This document shows, piece after piece, positions 1 through 15,185 of a stretch of DNA of 64,000 nucleotides. The DNA is taken from assembly GCF_009914755.1 (NCBI RefSeq), contig NC_060941.1; one strand, written 5' to 3'. A program made the position numbers and the translations under genes. The notes under the pieces are model-generated. The model saw only the letters and a program-made list of their open reading frames with translations. It ran no database searches and was not told the origin of the DNA. Origin of the DNA: the human T2T-CHM13v2.0 reference genome, Homo sapiens. Each line of letters opens with the position of its first letter. Within the stretch, counting starts at the first letter, position 1.

Positions 1-384
<384 letters not shown>

Positions 385-540
385 GAAAGCAGATTTTCAC
401 CAGAAAGCAGACGATTCTCACCAGAAAGCAGATGATTCTCACCAGAAAGCAGATTCTCACCAGAAAGCAGATGATTCTCACCAGAAAGCAGATTCTCACC
501 AGAAAGCAGATGATTCTCACCAGAAAGCAGATTCTCACCA
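385..540. repeat. Minisatellite, 8 units of 18 or 21 bp, GAAAGCAG(ATG)ATTCTCACCA
   Basis: Unit lengths read directly: 18,21,21,18,21,18,21,18. Confidence 0.95.
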
Positions 541-674
541 GACACTGAATCTGAATCTGCTGGCACCTTGACCTTGGAGTTTCCAGCCTCTAGAACTGTG
601 AGAAATAAATGTCTATTGTCTAGAGCCACCCAGTATATGGCACTTTGTTATAGAAGCTGTAACAGACTGAGACA
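523..674 (+). mobile_element. MLT1A-type MaLR LTR, 3' part
   Basis: ctcaccagacactgaatctg...ccagcctctagaactgtgagaaataaat...gactgagaca matches the MLT1A/A0 3' end. Confidence 0.85.
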
Positions 675-819
675 ACCAGGCAGGGAGCAGAGTCAGGGCT
701 GTGCTGGAAAAGGCCTCCCATGGCTGTGATCACACACGCCCCTTCCTATCACCAGCCAGGACCTCCCTTCTGAGCCCTAAGGCCTTCATACTCATGGAAA
801 TTGAGATTACAGCAAATAA

Positions 820-1080
820 TGCAGGTTCAAAGTCTGAACATGCTGAGTTTGGAGCCTGTAGAACATTCAGATGAATCTACCTCAGCCAGATGGCTGGAGG
901 GCAGCAAACGAAATGACCCAGAACAGAGGAGAGAAGCTTGAATCACAGCTATTGATCTGGAAGTTATCAGCGTATGGATGGTGTGAAGCCGTGGGGGCAG
1001 GGAAGAATGCCCAGGATGAGAAAACAAGTCCAGAGGAAAACCATAGATCAGATCTACATCAGCTTCTAAACGCAGGCAGG
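820..1080 (-). mobile_element. L2 fragment
   Basis: acatgctgagtttggagcctgtagaacattcag...gttatcagcgtatggatgg resembles diverged antisense L2; ends approximate. Confidence 0.55.
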
Positions 1081-1407
1081 AGTCTGACTTGCAAAGGTGA
1101 GGGAACGGGAATAGTCAGAGTTAACAGGCGCCCACGTCACAATGGATGGATTGAAGAATTAAGAGGAACTGAGAAAGCTGACACTTCCAAGGAGCTGGGG
1201 GGTCTCCATGCCCCCTAGCACACCCTCAGCCAGGAATTTTCAGGAGCCAGGGCAGCCAGCCCCCACCCAGGGCATGGCTGTCCCATGGTCACAGGGTAGG
1301 GTGAAAAGTAGAAGCAGATGGGAAAGGGAACTGGAGGATGTGGGGGTAACTGTGGGTAGGGGTACAAGCAAAGAAAGTATGAATGAAGCCTTGAAAGGAC
1401 TTGGAAA

Positions 1408-1710
1408 GGCCTGGTGTGGTGCCTCACGCCTGTAATCCCAGCACTTTGGGAGGCCGAGACAGGAAGATCACTTGAGGTCAGGAGTTCGAGACCAGCCTGG
1501 CCAACACGGTGAAACCCTGTCTCTACCAAAAATACAAAAATTAGCTGGGCATGGTGGCGCATGCCTGTAATCCCAGTTACTCCAGAGCCTGAAGCAGGAG
1601 TCTTGCTTGAACCCGGGAGGCATAGGTTGCCGTGAGCAGAGATGGCACCACGATACGCCAGCCTGGGCAAGAGAGAGAGACTCTGTCTCTAAAACAAAAC
1701 AAAACAAAAA
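1408..1710 (+). mobile_element. AluS (Sz-like)
   Basis: Full dimer with (CAAAA)n tail. Confidence 0.95.
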
Positions 1711-1854
1711 GGTTGGGGGGTGCGTGGGGCTGGAAGATAACACAGAGCAAAGATGTCTAAGAAGACAGGGGGTTTGACACCAGAATGTCAACGTAGTGCA
1801 GCATTACTGCAGAGAGCATTTTCTAGGGCCTCAAACTGCTTTGGAAAACTTTGG

Positions 1855-2561
<707 letters not shown>

Positions 2562-4139
2562 TTTGGAGATGAAAAGAAGCAAGGGTATAGGATGAGGGCT
2601 TAGAAGGGAAATTACCATCAAGGAGGTTTTCTCTCCTCTCTCATTTCTTCCTCTTCCTTCTCTCCCAATCTCTCTCTCCTCCATGGCTAGATGTTTGTAG
2701 GCTGAAGGGAAGAACCCAGAGAAAGAGTCGAGAGAATCACTGACAAAATTTCAAAGAGAAAGAGAGAGAGGGAAGAAGATATTGAGGAAAGGTGGTGAGG
2801 GAGCTCAGGAGCACGTGAAGACATTAGTCCTGCAGTATTTGGCTCCTCCATCTCCGAAGGGGAGAGAGGGCTGAAAGATGGTTCATGATGTCACTTGAGC
2901 TCAAAGGTAGAGGGCGGAGAGTGGAGATGCTTCCACCAGATGCCCTCAAAGCTTTCAGAGAAGCCAGGGCACAATTATCAGAGAGGACGTAGGAAGGGAA
3001 GGTGGAAGGGCTTTAGTGGTGGCTTCAAATGGCCACCACCGGGAGGGTGGAAAAGAGCTAAGGAGAAACAATTACAGAAATGCTGGATACATCGTTTTCT
3101 TTATTCCATGTGTTTTTCTCGTCCTGCCCATTGGATTTGCAGAGCTTGAAGAGTAAGTTAAGTATGTATCTCAATCCTCCTGGTCTTTCTTGTCACTCAG
3201 AGATGCTAAATGCATTTCACATACAGGTATGCAAAAATACCTCAGACCAGGAAAATATGTTAGCTTGGCTAGAAATGATCGTTTATGCTTAAAAAAAAAT
3301 TAAATTTGATTGGCCAAAGCCCACCCTTCAGGCTGCTGAGTATTCATTTTCTTCACCTTGACAGATGAGATTCCCTCCCCGACATCTCTGGATCACAATG
3401 GGCCAAATTATCAGAAACCGACAGGGAGGCTAGTGACACCTTTATAGGGTAGCAAGCATATGCTAAGGCCTTATGGCATAACCTTGGGTTTTAGCAATTG
3501 ACTGCATGGGAAACCAGGAGTCAGGGCCTGGGCACCCAGCTGGAATCTGATGGAAACATCACCCTTCCCATCCACAAACATATGGAAAACTTCTGTGAAG
3601 AATTTAAGTGTGCCAGAATAGTTGATGGAAAGTTCTATTCTTAGTTAATACTGTAACTACAGATATCTTCGATGCTGGCACTTCCAGACAATTAACCCAC
3701 AGCCTATGCCAACAAAATTTTACACTTATCTTCCTGTCTTACTGTAAACAACCCAATTTCAAAGGCAAATGTGCTATATACCCTCCCACATACATGTCTT
3801 ATTTTATACACCCCATCTTGCCTTTCCATCAAGATAGGAAAGTAGTCCTAGATACCAAAATAAACCCCCCTTGCCATGCCCCCAAATGTTCAGCTTGTTA
3901 CAAAAGCAGAAGATATCTGGATGGCTGATGGATCCCGGGGTGTTTTTCAGGACTGAAGGACACTCAGGCTATTCCTCAATGACAGGGAGTTCACACAGCA
4001 GCTTCTAGCTGTCTTAGACTTCTTGCTTCTGTATGGGCAGGAAGTGGGACGCACATCTAGATGGGTAATGAGATTAAGGGATTCTTGTACTGTCCTGGGG
4101 GCAGTGATATGTGAGAGATGCTGAGGACTGGGGTCCTAG

Positions 4140-4529
<390 letters not shown>

Positions 4530-4611
4530 TGAACGCATCTTAAGAGGCTCTGAAATAGTATGCCACCAGTCTTTACCATTTGTCACTTTGACTGCTATAA
4601 CCCATGGCTTT

Positions 4612-4914
4612 TTTTTTTTTTTTTTTTTTTTTTTGAGGCAGAGTCTCGCTCTGATGCCTAGGCTGGATGGCAGTGGCGCAATCTCGGCTCACTGCAAGCT
4701 CCACCTCCCGGGTTCACGCCATTCTCCTGCCTCAGCCTCCGGAGTAGCTGGGACTACAGGCGCCCGCCACCACGCCCGGCTAATTTTTCGTATTTTTAGT
4801 AAAGACAGGGTTTCACCGTGTTAGCCAAGATTGTCTCGATCTCCTGACCTCATGATCCGCCTGCCTTGGCCTCCCAAAGTGCTGGGATTACAGGCGTGAG
4901 CCACCCGCCCGGCC
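4612..4914 (-). mobile_element. AluY
   Basis: Y diagnostics (ttcacgccattctc, cgtgttagcca, tcgatctcc); CpGs retained; TSD aacccatggcttt. Confidence 0.93.
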
Positions 4915-5309
4915 AACCCATGGCTTTCAAGGGAATTTTACTCTCTTAAATTATTGGGGTTCTACAGTTGTTCCTCCCTCTCTTCAACTTTTTCTTTCTA
5001 ACTATTCAGTCTATCATATACTCAGCCAACAAATGTCTGTGGAATCTTGGAGGTAAACATCATTTTTAAAGTAGCAAAAACCAAGTACACAGAAAATCTG
5101 ACATTGTCTAGCTAAACTCACCTTTGTAGCCACATTTCTGCTGACCCCAAAGCCTCATTCTGATACATTCTGTTTCCTCCTGGGATGCACATTCACCCCA
5201 GCTGACTCTCCCCCTCCTTCCCTGGGCTCCCTTACTGGGCGCATCCAGTTATTTTGAGCTCTCATAGCACCGTGGCCCTCTCTGTTGTAGGTAGATATAT
5301 CAGGGTTGA

Positions 5310-5461
5310 AGATTTGCATTTATTTGTACAATTCTTTCATGAATGTCCTTCTCCTCCCTGGACTGTAAATCCCCAAGAAGGCAGGGTCAACATGTTTTAT
5401 TAACCACTGAATCCTCAACACCTCAAGTAGGCACAGTTCAAGTAAACTTTTATTTATTAAT
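5310..5461 (+). mobile_element. L2 3' end
   Basis: gactgtaaatccccaagaaggcaggg...gtaggcacagttcaagtaaactttt resembles the L2 terminus. Confidence 0.6.
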
Positions 5462-6358
5462 CATTGCTTCCCAGCATTTAATAAGTCAGGTAGCCTCTAA
5501 TTTCATCCCCTGGGTCCTAGGCCAATCCTTTCCCCACTGGTTAGGCCCAGGTATTTACTCCATACATCCTGGACCCCTCGACCAGAAATTTCTTCATCTG
5601 GCCTCTCTGCTATGCATCCATGCTGGATCCAGCTCTCCTAACAGCCCTCTGACACTGCCTGTCCCAGCTGGGTTCAACATTTCCCCTTGTTTCCATGCAT
5701 TATTAGTTTTCTCTGATGATCTTTCTCATATGAGAATGACATGACATTAGCATCTAGAGGGTCCCTGAAGATTAAGCTGTGTTTAACCATTTCTTAGAGA
5801 AGAGGGCAACAAAGGTCAAGGAAGTCGACCAATGTCACACGACCAGGCAGCAGTCCCAGGCTGTACTTTCCTTCAATTTTCCAACTGTCTTTGCTGTACT
5901 GCTTCCTCAAAACCCACCTTTTGGTTAGGCATGATCAAGAACTTGTCTCCAGAAAAGGGAGTATAAGAATAATACACACATAATTTTGGGAGGCAGGAGG
6001 GCCCCTCGTTACAATGGCCAAACACCGGGGCTCCACCCAAAAACTGATGGAGATGACATGAGCCAATGGTATACATTTAAGAGGTGATGCTCTCCCAACT
6101 AAACCTAAGTCCTGGACAATACTAGAGGCAGGGGCCCCAACCCCAAAGGCTGGGATCAGATGCTGTGTATTAAGACTGGTCAGTGGAGAGTATGAGGCAT
6201 GGATGGAGTAAAAGGAGGTGACTGTCAGAAACCATGCAACTGAAGCGTGACCACAGGTGACATGTACTGTGGCAAGGCCAGTGATTTCATTATAGCATAT
6301 TTTCTTTTGTCTGCATGAATGTTATGTTATGACCCTCATTTGAGCATCAGATTCTTAG

Positions 6359-6655
<297 letters not shown>

Positions 6656-7848
6656 GCTTTGACTGCAGTGTAATATTTACCCTGTGGCCAAACAATCTCG
6701 ATATATTTGTTAACTTAGCACATGCACTGTGACGTGCTATCATGGAGAAGAACAATGGAGGCCACCTCAAAATTCAAGTCAAAGAAGTACTTGTTAGGGC
6801 AAAGGGCACACGAAATGAAGAATGGTTTTGTAATTGGCTGTGAAAGCAGGTAAACTGTCGCCCAGGTAAGAACCATCCCTGGGAACAGGCCTATAACTCG
6901 GAAGATAATAGCCACAGCTCTGATTCCACCCTTCAGTTCACTTCAGCAAACACTTATTGGTCACCCACTGTGCAGGGCAGGCTGATATTTGGAAACATAG
7001 AACAACAACCTGATTAAAGGCCACACTTCCTCTGAAGCCTCTGAATTAGTTATAAGAAAGAACCTTTTCATTATGAGGGTTCTTTATTATATAGAACCTC
7101 GTTCCCTGGGGCGGATGAAATCCAGGCATCAATATCCAGGCCGAGAGTCAGGCCTTACTGAAGATAGGAGAAAGATCTGTGGGTACGTATGGGTGTCCTG
7201 CCATCTGAATGAATAATTCAGGAACATGGCCCAATTTCACCTTCCATGTCTGGTCTGGCAAACGTGGAGATGCTTGGGCAGGGAATTTAACTGGGTTTTT
7301 CTGACTTCTCGTGGAGTGCCAAAGATTGAGCTGAGGGAAATCAGGGATGCCAGAATGCTATGAAAGCTCAAATCCACTCAATCCTGCAGGATTCAAAGAC
7401 ATGAAGTAGCAGCACTGTATGCAAGGGAGGCTACTTATCTGCTGCCACATTATAGGGGAGCTGAGGATAACAAGCCGGGTGGGCAGATTATCCATTTATT
7501 TTTGTCTTTCGAAAGACTAGCATAGGGGGCATCATTTAGTGTTCAATTTCCTGTGTCCTCAGGAGAGCACACTGGTACATACCCCCAGCCAGGCTGGGGC
7601 GTCATCCCAGGGGGTTTCTGGTTGTGAGAAAGAATCCATCCTGGTTGCCCACAAACAAACATGTGAAATACAAACCATGTGACCTGGATAAACAGAACAT
7701 GGTGAGGAAGTAGGCAGTGCTCATCTGAACAACAAAACCGCACCCTTCTGGAATACAAAGACACCAGATGGTGGTTTTCTCTGGCCAGGATATTCTTCAC
7801 ACCATGGACAGACCTGAAGCGCTGCTTCTCCAAGGAATGAGAAGATAA

Positions 7849-8240
<392 letters not shown>

Positions 8241-8367
8241 TAGTGGGACCCTGAGCAGAAGGAAGAAGGAAAGCTTCAAGGCAAATGGTGAGGCCAATCC
8301 ATGTAGCAACTTAGCCACGTTGAAGACAAATCCCCAGCTCCCTCACCTGCAGATATTTACACGAATC

Positions 8368-8878
<511 letters not shown>

Positions 8879-8979
8879 TCACAAATACTTCCACAGTGCT
8901 TCCTGTGTGTAGGCACTGTTTTAAGTCTTTATAGACATTATTTCATTCAATGCTCACGGCAAACCTGTGATAAAGGTAC

Positions 8980-9346
8980 TGATATAGTGTGGCTCTGTGT
9001 CCCCACCCAAATCTCATCTTGAATTGTAATCCCCATGTGTTGGGGGAGGGAGCTCGTGAGAGGTGATTAGATCATGGAGACAGTCCCCCCATGCTGTTCT
9101 CATGATAGCAAGTGAGTTCTCACAAGATCTGATGGTTTTATAAGGGGCTTTTCCCCCTTTTGCTCGGCACTTCTCTCTCCTGCTGCCATGCGAAGAAGGA
9201 CATGTTGGCTTCCCCTTCCACCATGATTGTAAGTTTCCTGAGGCCTCCCCAACCCTGCAGATCTGTGAGTCAGTTAAACCTCTTTCCTTTATAAATTACC
9301 CAGTCTCGGGCAGTTCTTTATAGTGGCATGAGAAGGGATTAACACA
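8980..9346 (+). mobile_element. THE1 solo LTR (THE1C-like)
   Basis: tgatatagtgtggctctgtgtccccacccaaatctc...ataaattacccagtctcgggcagttctttatag. Confidence 0.9.
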
Positions 9347-9417
9347 TGTAGTATGATAACTTCTCATTTCTCAGAGAAGAAAATCGAGGCACAGAGGGTT
9401 AGGTCATTTTCACAAGT

Positions 9418-9904
9418 TGTTCTGACCCCCTTTAGTCACTGCAGTGGTGAGGGAGACATCCCTCACCTTAAATAGTATGAAAATAGTGTGAGACAGCTGA
9501 ACATATGACAAGCAATGCTGCACAGACTAGTGACATAACTCAGAAGAGGAGAACATCGCAGGCCATGTGGGGCCACTCAAAGGTTGCACACAGTGAACCA
9601 GAAAGGGCTGTGCAAGGCAGGTTCTGTAGTGACAAGAGGGTGAGGTGACCCTTAGTTCCCGCAGGAGGATGTGGCTGGCTTGTTTGAAGAATTCTGCTGG
9701 CAGGCAGTGAGGTAGAACCCAGAAAGTTGAGGACTGGGCTGGGTGCAGTTGGTCTGGTTGATGTGGAACTACCTAGGTGGGGAGCCTTTCCTACTGGGTG
9801 GGAAGAAATCTAGCCAGAGCCAGGGAACTCGCAGCTAAGTCTTTGAGGTTTTGTGAGGCTCCAAGGTGTCAAGGAAGCACATGAAATTTCAGGCCTTAGA
9901 AAGT
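9418..9904 (-). mobile_element. ERVL LTR, MER73/MER74-like
   Basis: Reverse complement reads taaggcctgaaatttcatgtgcttccttgacacc...ttcaaacaagccagccacatcctcctgcgggaac; family from memory. Confidence 0.6.
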
Positions 9905-10239
9905 ATGAGAGAGGAGGTGATAGAGCTAGCATTTGAACCCAAGCTCCTGTGCTCCAGAGTCCACGCTCTAGTTTTAAATCACAGTTCTATCCTGTCTCCC
10001 ACTGTCTTTAATCAAGGCACACTGCACACCTCTGTAAGAACTGCCATGATCCCTCCTGGGTCAATATGCAGGCCAGGTCGCGGAGGCTGTGGGAGGTTAA
10101 GGTCAGGGGTCTTCCCCCACTGACTTAAATGCTCCTTTATATGGGGGTTGCATCTCCTTCACCAGCTCCTCCACACACCCCACTGGAAATTAATAAGGAC
10201 ATAAACACTGCCCATTGTGCGCAGCATGCACAAACACAT

Positions 10240-10930
10240 TCATTCACTAGCATATGGCACTGACTCTTTTTGCAGAGACTATGTTAGGACCAGACACACA
10301 AAGATAACATCAAAACAAGGCTCAGGATGCTCCCTACTGCCGGCGGGGTGGGGGCGAGGGACAAAAATACAAACAGAGCATTTCGGGCAAATTACAAAAG
10401 GCTTTATATTCATTCCCAAGGTGTTTGGACTGCATCCTGGAGGCTCTGGTCAGTCAACAGAGGCCTGTAAGTCAGGGAGTGAGGAGCAGATTTGCCATTT
10501 TAGGAAGATAATTCTGGGGGATGGTGTGGGAAAAGCTAGAATGAGGATGGGCTTATGGCAAAGCACCAGACAAAGGCTATTGTACACCCTGAGACAGAGA
10601 AGCAGGATGATCAAAGAAGAGAGGCAGGGTCACAGATTCCCAGGGTGCCATGCAACAAGGGTGACAGACAGGTTTTGGCTGGCACATCTTAAGTCCTAGA
10701 GCTGAGAAAGCATTCTCCAGTTAGCCACAGACCCCACCCCTCCCTACTGTCTTTTATTAGCTGACTTGCTGTGTTTACATGAATTGCCTGGTACCCTAAG
10801 GTGTTTATGTTTGAAAGGGAGAGCTTTTCTTTCTTTCATACAATGTATAACATGTGATGGCAGATTGGATTGTGTGGAATAGAGAAATAGACAGGGAGGA
10901 AAAGGACTAAGGGTACCAGATTTCTAGCTT
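10240..10930 (-). mobile_element. L2 fragments, with a probable MER102 insertion at ~10626-10816
   Basis: gtttggactgcatcctggagg...cagatttgccattttaggaagataattctgg resembles antisense L2; gcctggtaccctaaggtgtttatgtttg resembles the MER102 end. Confidence 0.5.
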
Positions 10931-10949
10931 TTAAGAGGGAAATGCTTCT

Positions 10950-11091
10950 TTTTTTAATTTTTTTTTAAAAACACAGAGATGGGGTCTCGCTATGTTACCC
11001 AGGCTGGTCTCAAACTCCTGGCCTCAAGCAATATTCCTGCCTCAGCCTCCCAAAGTGTTGGGATTACAGGCGTGAGCTGCCACACCCAGTC
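10950..11091 (-). mobile_element. FLAM_C / free left Alu monomer
   Basis: Single monomer with tail; diverged TSD g(g/a)aaatgc(t/c)tctt. Confidence 0.85.
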
Positions 11092-12147
11092 TGGAAAATG
11101 CCTCTTGATGTGCACATCGTTCTATCTGAATTAATGGAATACAGTGCCCAGAAAGGAAATGAATAACAATGATCAACAAATTCTGCTTCTCTAAGATTAA
11201 GGCTAGGGGAGTGTACCTTGGCAGTTGCAGAACCTGACTCCTGTATCCTTTCTCCCCCTTCACAGCAAGGCTGGGTTACAAATGACACAGCTGATACCAC
11301 ACCGGCCAGTATACAGAGAAGAACAAAGAGTCTTCAGGTTGAAAGAAAGCTTGAGGGACCCATAGTCCTGCCTCTAACTGTAATAACAGCCTTCAAAATC
11401 TAGGCCATTGTTAGCATCAGGCTCTGCCTGAGGTTTGTGGCATTCTCCTGAGAGAAGCTTTACCCATCCTGAGAAAATGAGATTTTGCACCTTGGAGCTG
11501 ATGGGAACGCCTGGGAACAGTCACTGTACACAGCTCACAATGGGTCCCAGCACCTGCTCTCACCTAGAAAGGAAATTCAGAAGCTCCTGCTCATCACCAT
11601 CACACAGTCCATGAGTACAAATCACCCATCATAAGAAAGGAGCTTGCTGGAGAAAAGGCAGCAAAGCCTTGGAGAATACAGCAGAGGCAACCAGCCCCCA
11701 CCAAGCCAGCGAGCGCGGTGAGGACTCACACTGACTCCACAATCCTTCTGTTGGATCCCAGCCAATCATTTTTCTAATTGAGTGAGAAAATCTGATAATA
11801 TTGTTCCCCTGACTGAAGCCTTCGTTTCTTCTCATCACTCTAAAGATGAAGTGCAAAGTGCTTATCATGGTCCCCAAGGCCCCGGTGTCCTGTCCTCTGC
11901 CTATATCCCCAGCTGTGTCCAAGCCACTCCCTGCTCCCTCCTTCTCTACACTCAAACTGTCCAGTCCTCCCTTCTTTTCCTGCATCTCATTAGCACCTTC
12001 CTTGTGCAGGGCTTTGTGTGTGCTATGCCCTTAGCCTGGGACACTCGCCTCCCTCTTCCCATCTCTTCACCTGGCCAATTTATTCTCTTCCTTCAAGTCC
12101 CAGGGTGACTTTCATTTCCTCCAGCAAGTGCCTCCTCTCTGCCCCTC

Positions 12148-12246
12148 TGAATTAATTATCTTTTGCTGTATAACAAGGTACCCAACATTTAGCAGCTCAA
12201 AACAACACACATTGACTATCTCACACTGTTTCTGTGGGTCAGGGAT
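12148..12246 (-). mobile_element. MLT1 (F/G-type) LTR 3'-end fragment
   Basis: ttgctgtataacaaggtacccaacatttagcagctcaaaacaac...tttctgtgggtcaggga. Confidence 0.6.
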
Positions 12247-12454
12247 GGGGAAAGAAAGGCACAAGACCTGTCAACATCCACGACATTAGCATCCACACTG
12301 GATATGAGGGATGAATGCCACCAGAATTCTGAGGGCAGAGGACCTCCGACTGTGAAAGAAGATTCTATCCACAGTCAAGTTATCAGCCCAAAGTGAAGTT
12401 ATGATAACATTTTCAGGTACGCAGAGTATCAAATAATTTATCTCCCTCATGCCC

Positions 12455-13038
12455 TGTATTAACAATCTACTGCTGTATAACATCTTCCCTGCAAATTTGG
12501 TGGCTCATACCAATAATCCTGTATGGTCTCAGTCTCTGAGACTCAGAATCCAGGAGGGGCTTAGCTGGATGGCCCTGGCTCGGGGTCTGTCATGAGGCTT
12601 CAGTCATGACAGTAGCCTGGGCTGTTGTCATCAGAAGGCTTGAGTGGGGCTGAAGGATCCACTTCCAAGCTCACCTGTGCAGCTGCTGGCTTGGAGTTTC
12701 AGTCCCTTGGCATCATAGGTTTGCCTTAAAGACACAGGGCTGCTGATAACATGGCAGCTGGCTTCCCACAGAGCAAGACATGACAGAGAAAGAGAGAGAG
12801 AGAGTGCAAGAGAGCAAGACAGTGATAGCACAACAGAGCAACCAAGATGGAAGCCACAGAGACTTCACTTGACCTCAACTCTAAGGTCGCACACCATCAC
12901 TTTTGCTTTTTCCTATTTGTTAGAAGTGAACCACTGAGAAGTCTAGCACACACTGGAGAAGGAGAATTAGGCTCTATTGCTCTATTTCTTGAAGGGATGA
13001 TATTAACAGATTTCTGGACATATTATTAAAACCACCCA
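12455..13038 (-). mobile_element. MLT1F-like LTR
   Basis: ggcttagctggatggccctggctcggggtctgtcatgagg...acatggcagctggcttccc...tattattaaaaccac. Confidence 0.8.
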
Positions 13039-14074
13039 TCCTCCCAACAGAAGAGTTCAAAATTCCCTGTGAGGTGGCTCAGTGGTCATAGCACACCATG
13101 CCTCGGCTTCTTACTACTTGTCACAGAGGCAATTAACCAATTATGTGTGTAATCTGCAGGGTACTATCAGTCTCTCTTTCTAAATCCAAGGCTTCAGGAA
13201 GACAAGGACTATTATAAGCTATATCCCTGGTGAATAGCACACCATTTGGTATGTAACAGGGGCTCAAGAGATATTTATTGGATGAATAAGCAAATGAGCA
13301 AATAACAAATGAAAGAGGGAAGAATACTGGGGGGAGAAGAAATAGTATATAGAAAATGACTACAACAAAGAGGTCAAAATTGCAAGAATTTTTATACAGT
13401 GCAATGCTAAGATAATGAAATACAAATTCAGAGCAGCAGGCCAACCAGCCTCCATTTGCTAGGACTGCAGCTCACATACTCTGAGTTATGAGGATGAAGC
13501 CCTGGGCTGAGCCTCAGGCAGCAGGAAACTCCTTAGACTGGCTCAGCAGGCTGCTGGTAAAACAGAAAACCTATTTTCCAACACACGAGACAGAAGAGCC
13601 GGGAAGTCACATCTCCTTTATCAAGCGAGGCTTCTCTCATCGTCCTCTTGGTAGCGACAGGCTTCAAATCCACACACTCCCATCAACAGCACCCAGGGAA
13701 GCCAGCCAGTAGGTTTTTCCTGGCTTCTGCTGGTGGGGTCACTCTATATGCATGAGAAGGAGGGCTTTTTGCTGCGCTCTTATTCCCAAGACCACTGCTA
13801 CAGATTCTTGGAAATACACCCTCCCCGTGGAGCTGGGCTTCCAGGATCAACCACACAGCAGTCTGAGCTTGGCCCCTGCAGGCACAGCCCAGGGCATGCC
13901 AGGTGAGGGGAAGGGCGAGTGGCAAAGGAGAACAGAGGGGAAAGGGAAGACAGAATCATGAGCAGAAAGCACGTTTCAACAGGCAGCTGAAAAAACGAGA
14001 CCTAGGCCCTGGAGGGGGCACGCTGTGCCCAGAGCAAACCACACACACACAAATCCAGCAGCATCACCACCTCA

Positions 14075-14420
14075 AATTCGATGCTGACTTAGCACTGACT
14101 AAGTGCAATTCTCCCACCTCAGCCTCCTGAGTAGCTGGGATTACAGGCACCCACCACCACGCAGGGGTTTCACTGACATGCTCGATACTGTGAAGTGCTA
14201 AGTATGCAAGAAGATGTGACAACCCAGCCCTGATTTTCAAAGTTACCTGTGGGCATAACACACAGACGAAATGATGACCGAGAATGCAATACAAGGTGGC
14301 AAGTGCCAAAGAAGTGATGTGTACAGCATGTGTCAGAAGGGAGCTGTCCCTAGGATGGGGCCGTCCCTGAACTTTCCTGAGGGAGTCAGAGCTTGAACTT
14401 CGTGATTCCTGCAACAGTGT
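14075..14420 (-). mobile_element. L2 3' fragment carrying a 70-bp Alu-derived insert
   Basis: atactgtgaagtgctaagtatgcaagaagatgtgacaacccagccctg resembles the antisense L2 end. Confidence 0.5.
14104..14173 (-). repeat. 70-bp Alu fragment copied from 15879-15948
   Basis: 67/70 identical; shares the deletion junction ccaccaccaYgc|aggggtttcac. Confidence 0.9.
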
Positions 14421-14649
14421 TGTAGCTTGAAAGTGCCTGTGTGTGAGGAGCGTGTATCTCACACATTGTTCCATGTTCAATGTGCCTAATACAAAACAAG
14501 AATCTACCTACAAGGGGTTTACCATCTTGCTGAGGATGTAAGACTTGTGCACAAATACCCGCCATCCAAAGCAGCTCAAGAGGCTATGCTAGTGTTAATA
14601 ATAATAAATAATAGTAGCCATGTCCCTGAGGAATGCCAACCCATCTATT

Positions 14650-14772
14650 CTACTGCTGGAGGCAATACGGAGCCTCTGCAGGGCTCAGTGTCCACATCTG
14701 TGAAATGGGGTTGTAGGAACACTGACTAAGATAAGGAATAGAGTAACTACTGGCAGGTAAAGGCACTTGAGT
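14650..14772 (+). mobile_element. MIR fragment
   Basis: gctcagtgtccacatctgtgaaatgggg core. Confidence 0.55.
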
Positions 14773-14974
14773 GTCTCTCCTTCCTCCTCCTTCCATCTTC
14801 CATGAAGATGATCAGGCAAGAAGAAGGTAGCATTAGATGAGGGCTAATTTAAAAGATGGGGTACTGGCAAGGAAAGGCTCTATTTGCTTGGGGGAATAAT
14901 GGAAGACAGGGCCAAGTAAAGGGTTGAGGAGGGCGAATTGACTGTGGTGCACACATTCTAATACCAGCAGCCTC

Positions 14975-15185
14975 ATCTACCAAGCCAGGCACTTGACATG
15001 CACTACCTCGTCTAATACCCCACTAACTCACGGGATGCACACCATCGTGGCCCGGCTCTGCAGAGGATGGAGCTGAAGTTTAGGGATATCAAGTGTCCAA
15101 TCTAAGCTCGCAGGTGGCACAGCCAGAACCTGGACCCAGATCCTTTATTCCAATGTGCTCATAACCACTTCCTAATGCTGCCTCT
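14975..15185 (-). mobile_element. MIR
   Basis: ctaccaagccaggcac...gcagaggatggagctgaagtttagg...ggtggcacagccagaacctggacccag. Confidence 0.6.

Larger units (their letters stand above)
11770..13312 (+). mobile_element. L2 3' region (~11770-12140 and ~13090-13312) interrupted by MLT1 pieces
   Basis: tctgataatattgttcccctg...gggctttgtgtgtgctatgccc...; 3' end gctcaagagatatttattggatgaataag. Confidence 0.7.

Noticed and set aside
385-540. CRISPR-like repeat array
   Set aside because: Head-to-tail units with no unique spacers, no cas genes, and the DNA is primate
6840-6875. Splice-donor-like CAG|GTAAAC and CAG|GTAAGA
   Set aside because: No convincing upstream acceptor or coding frame; such motifs are common by chance
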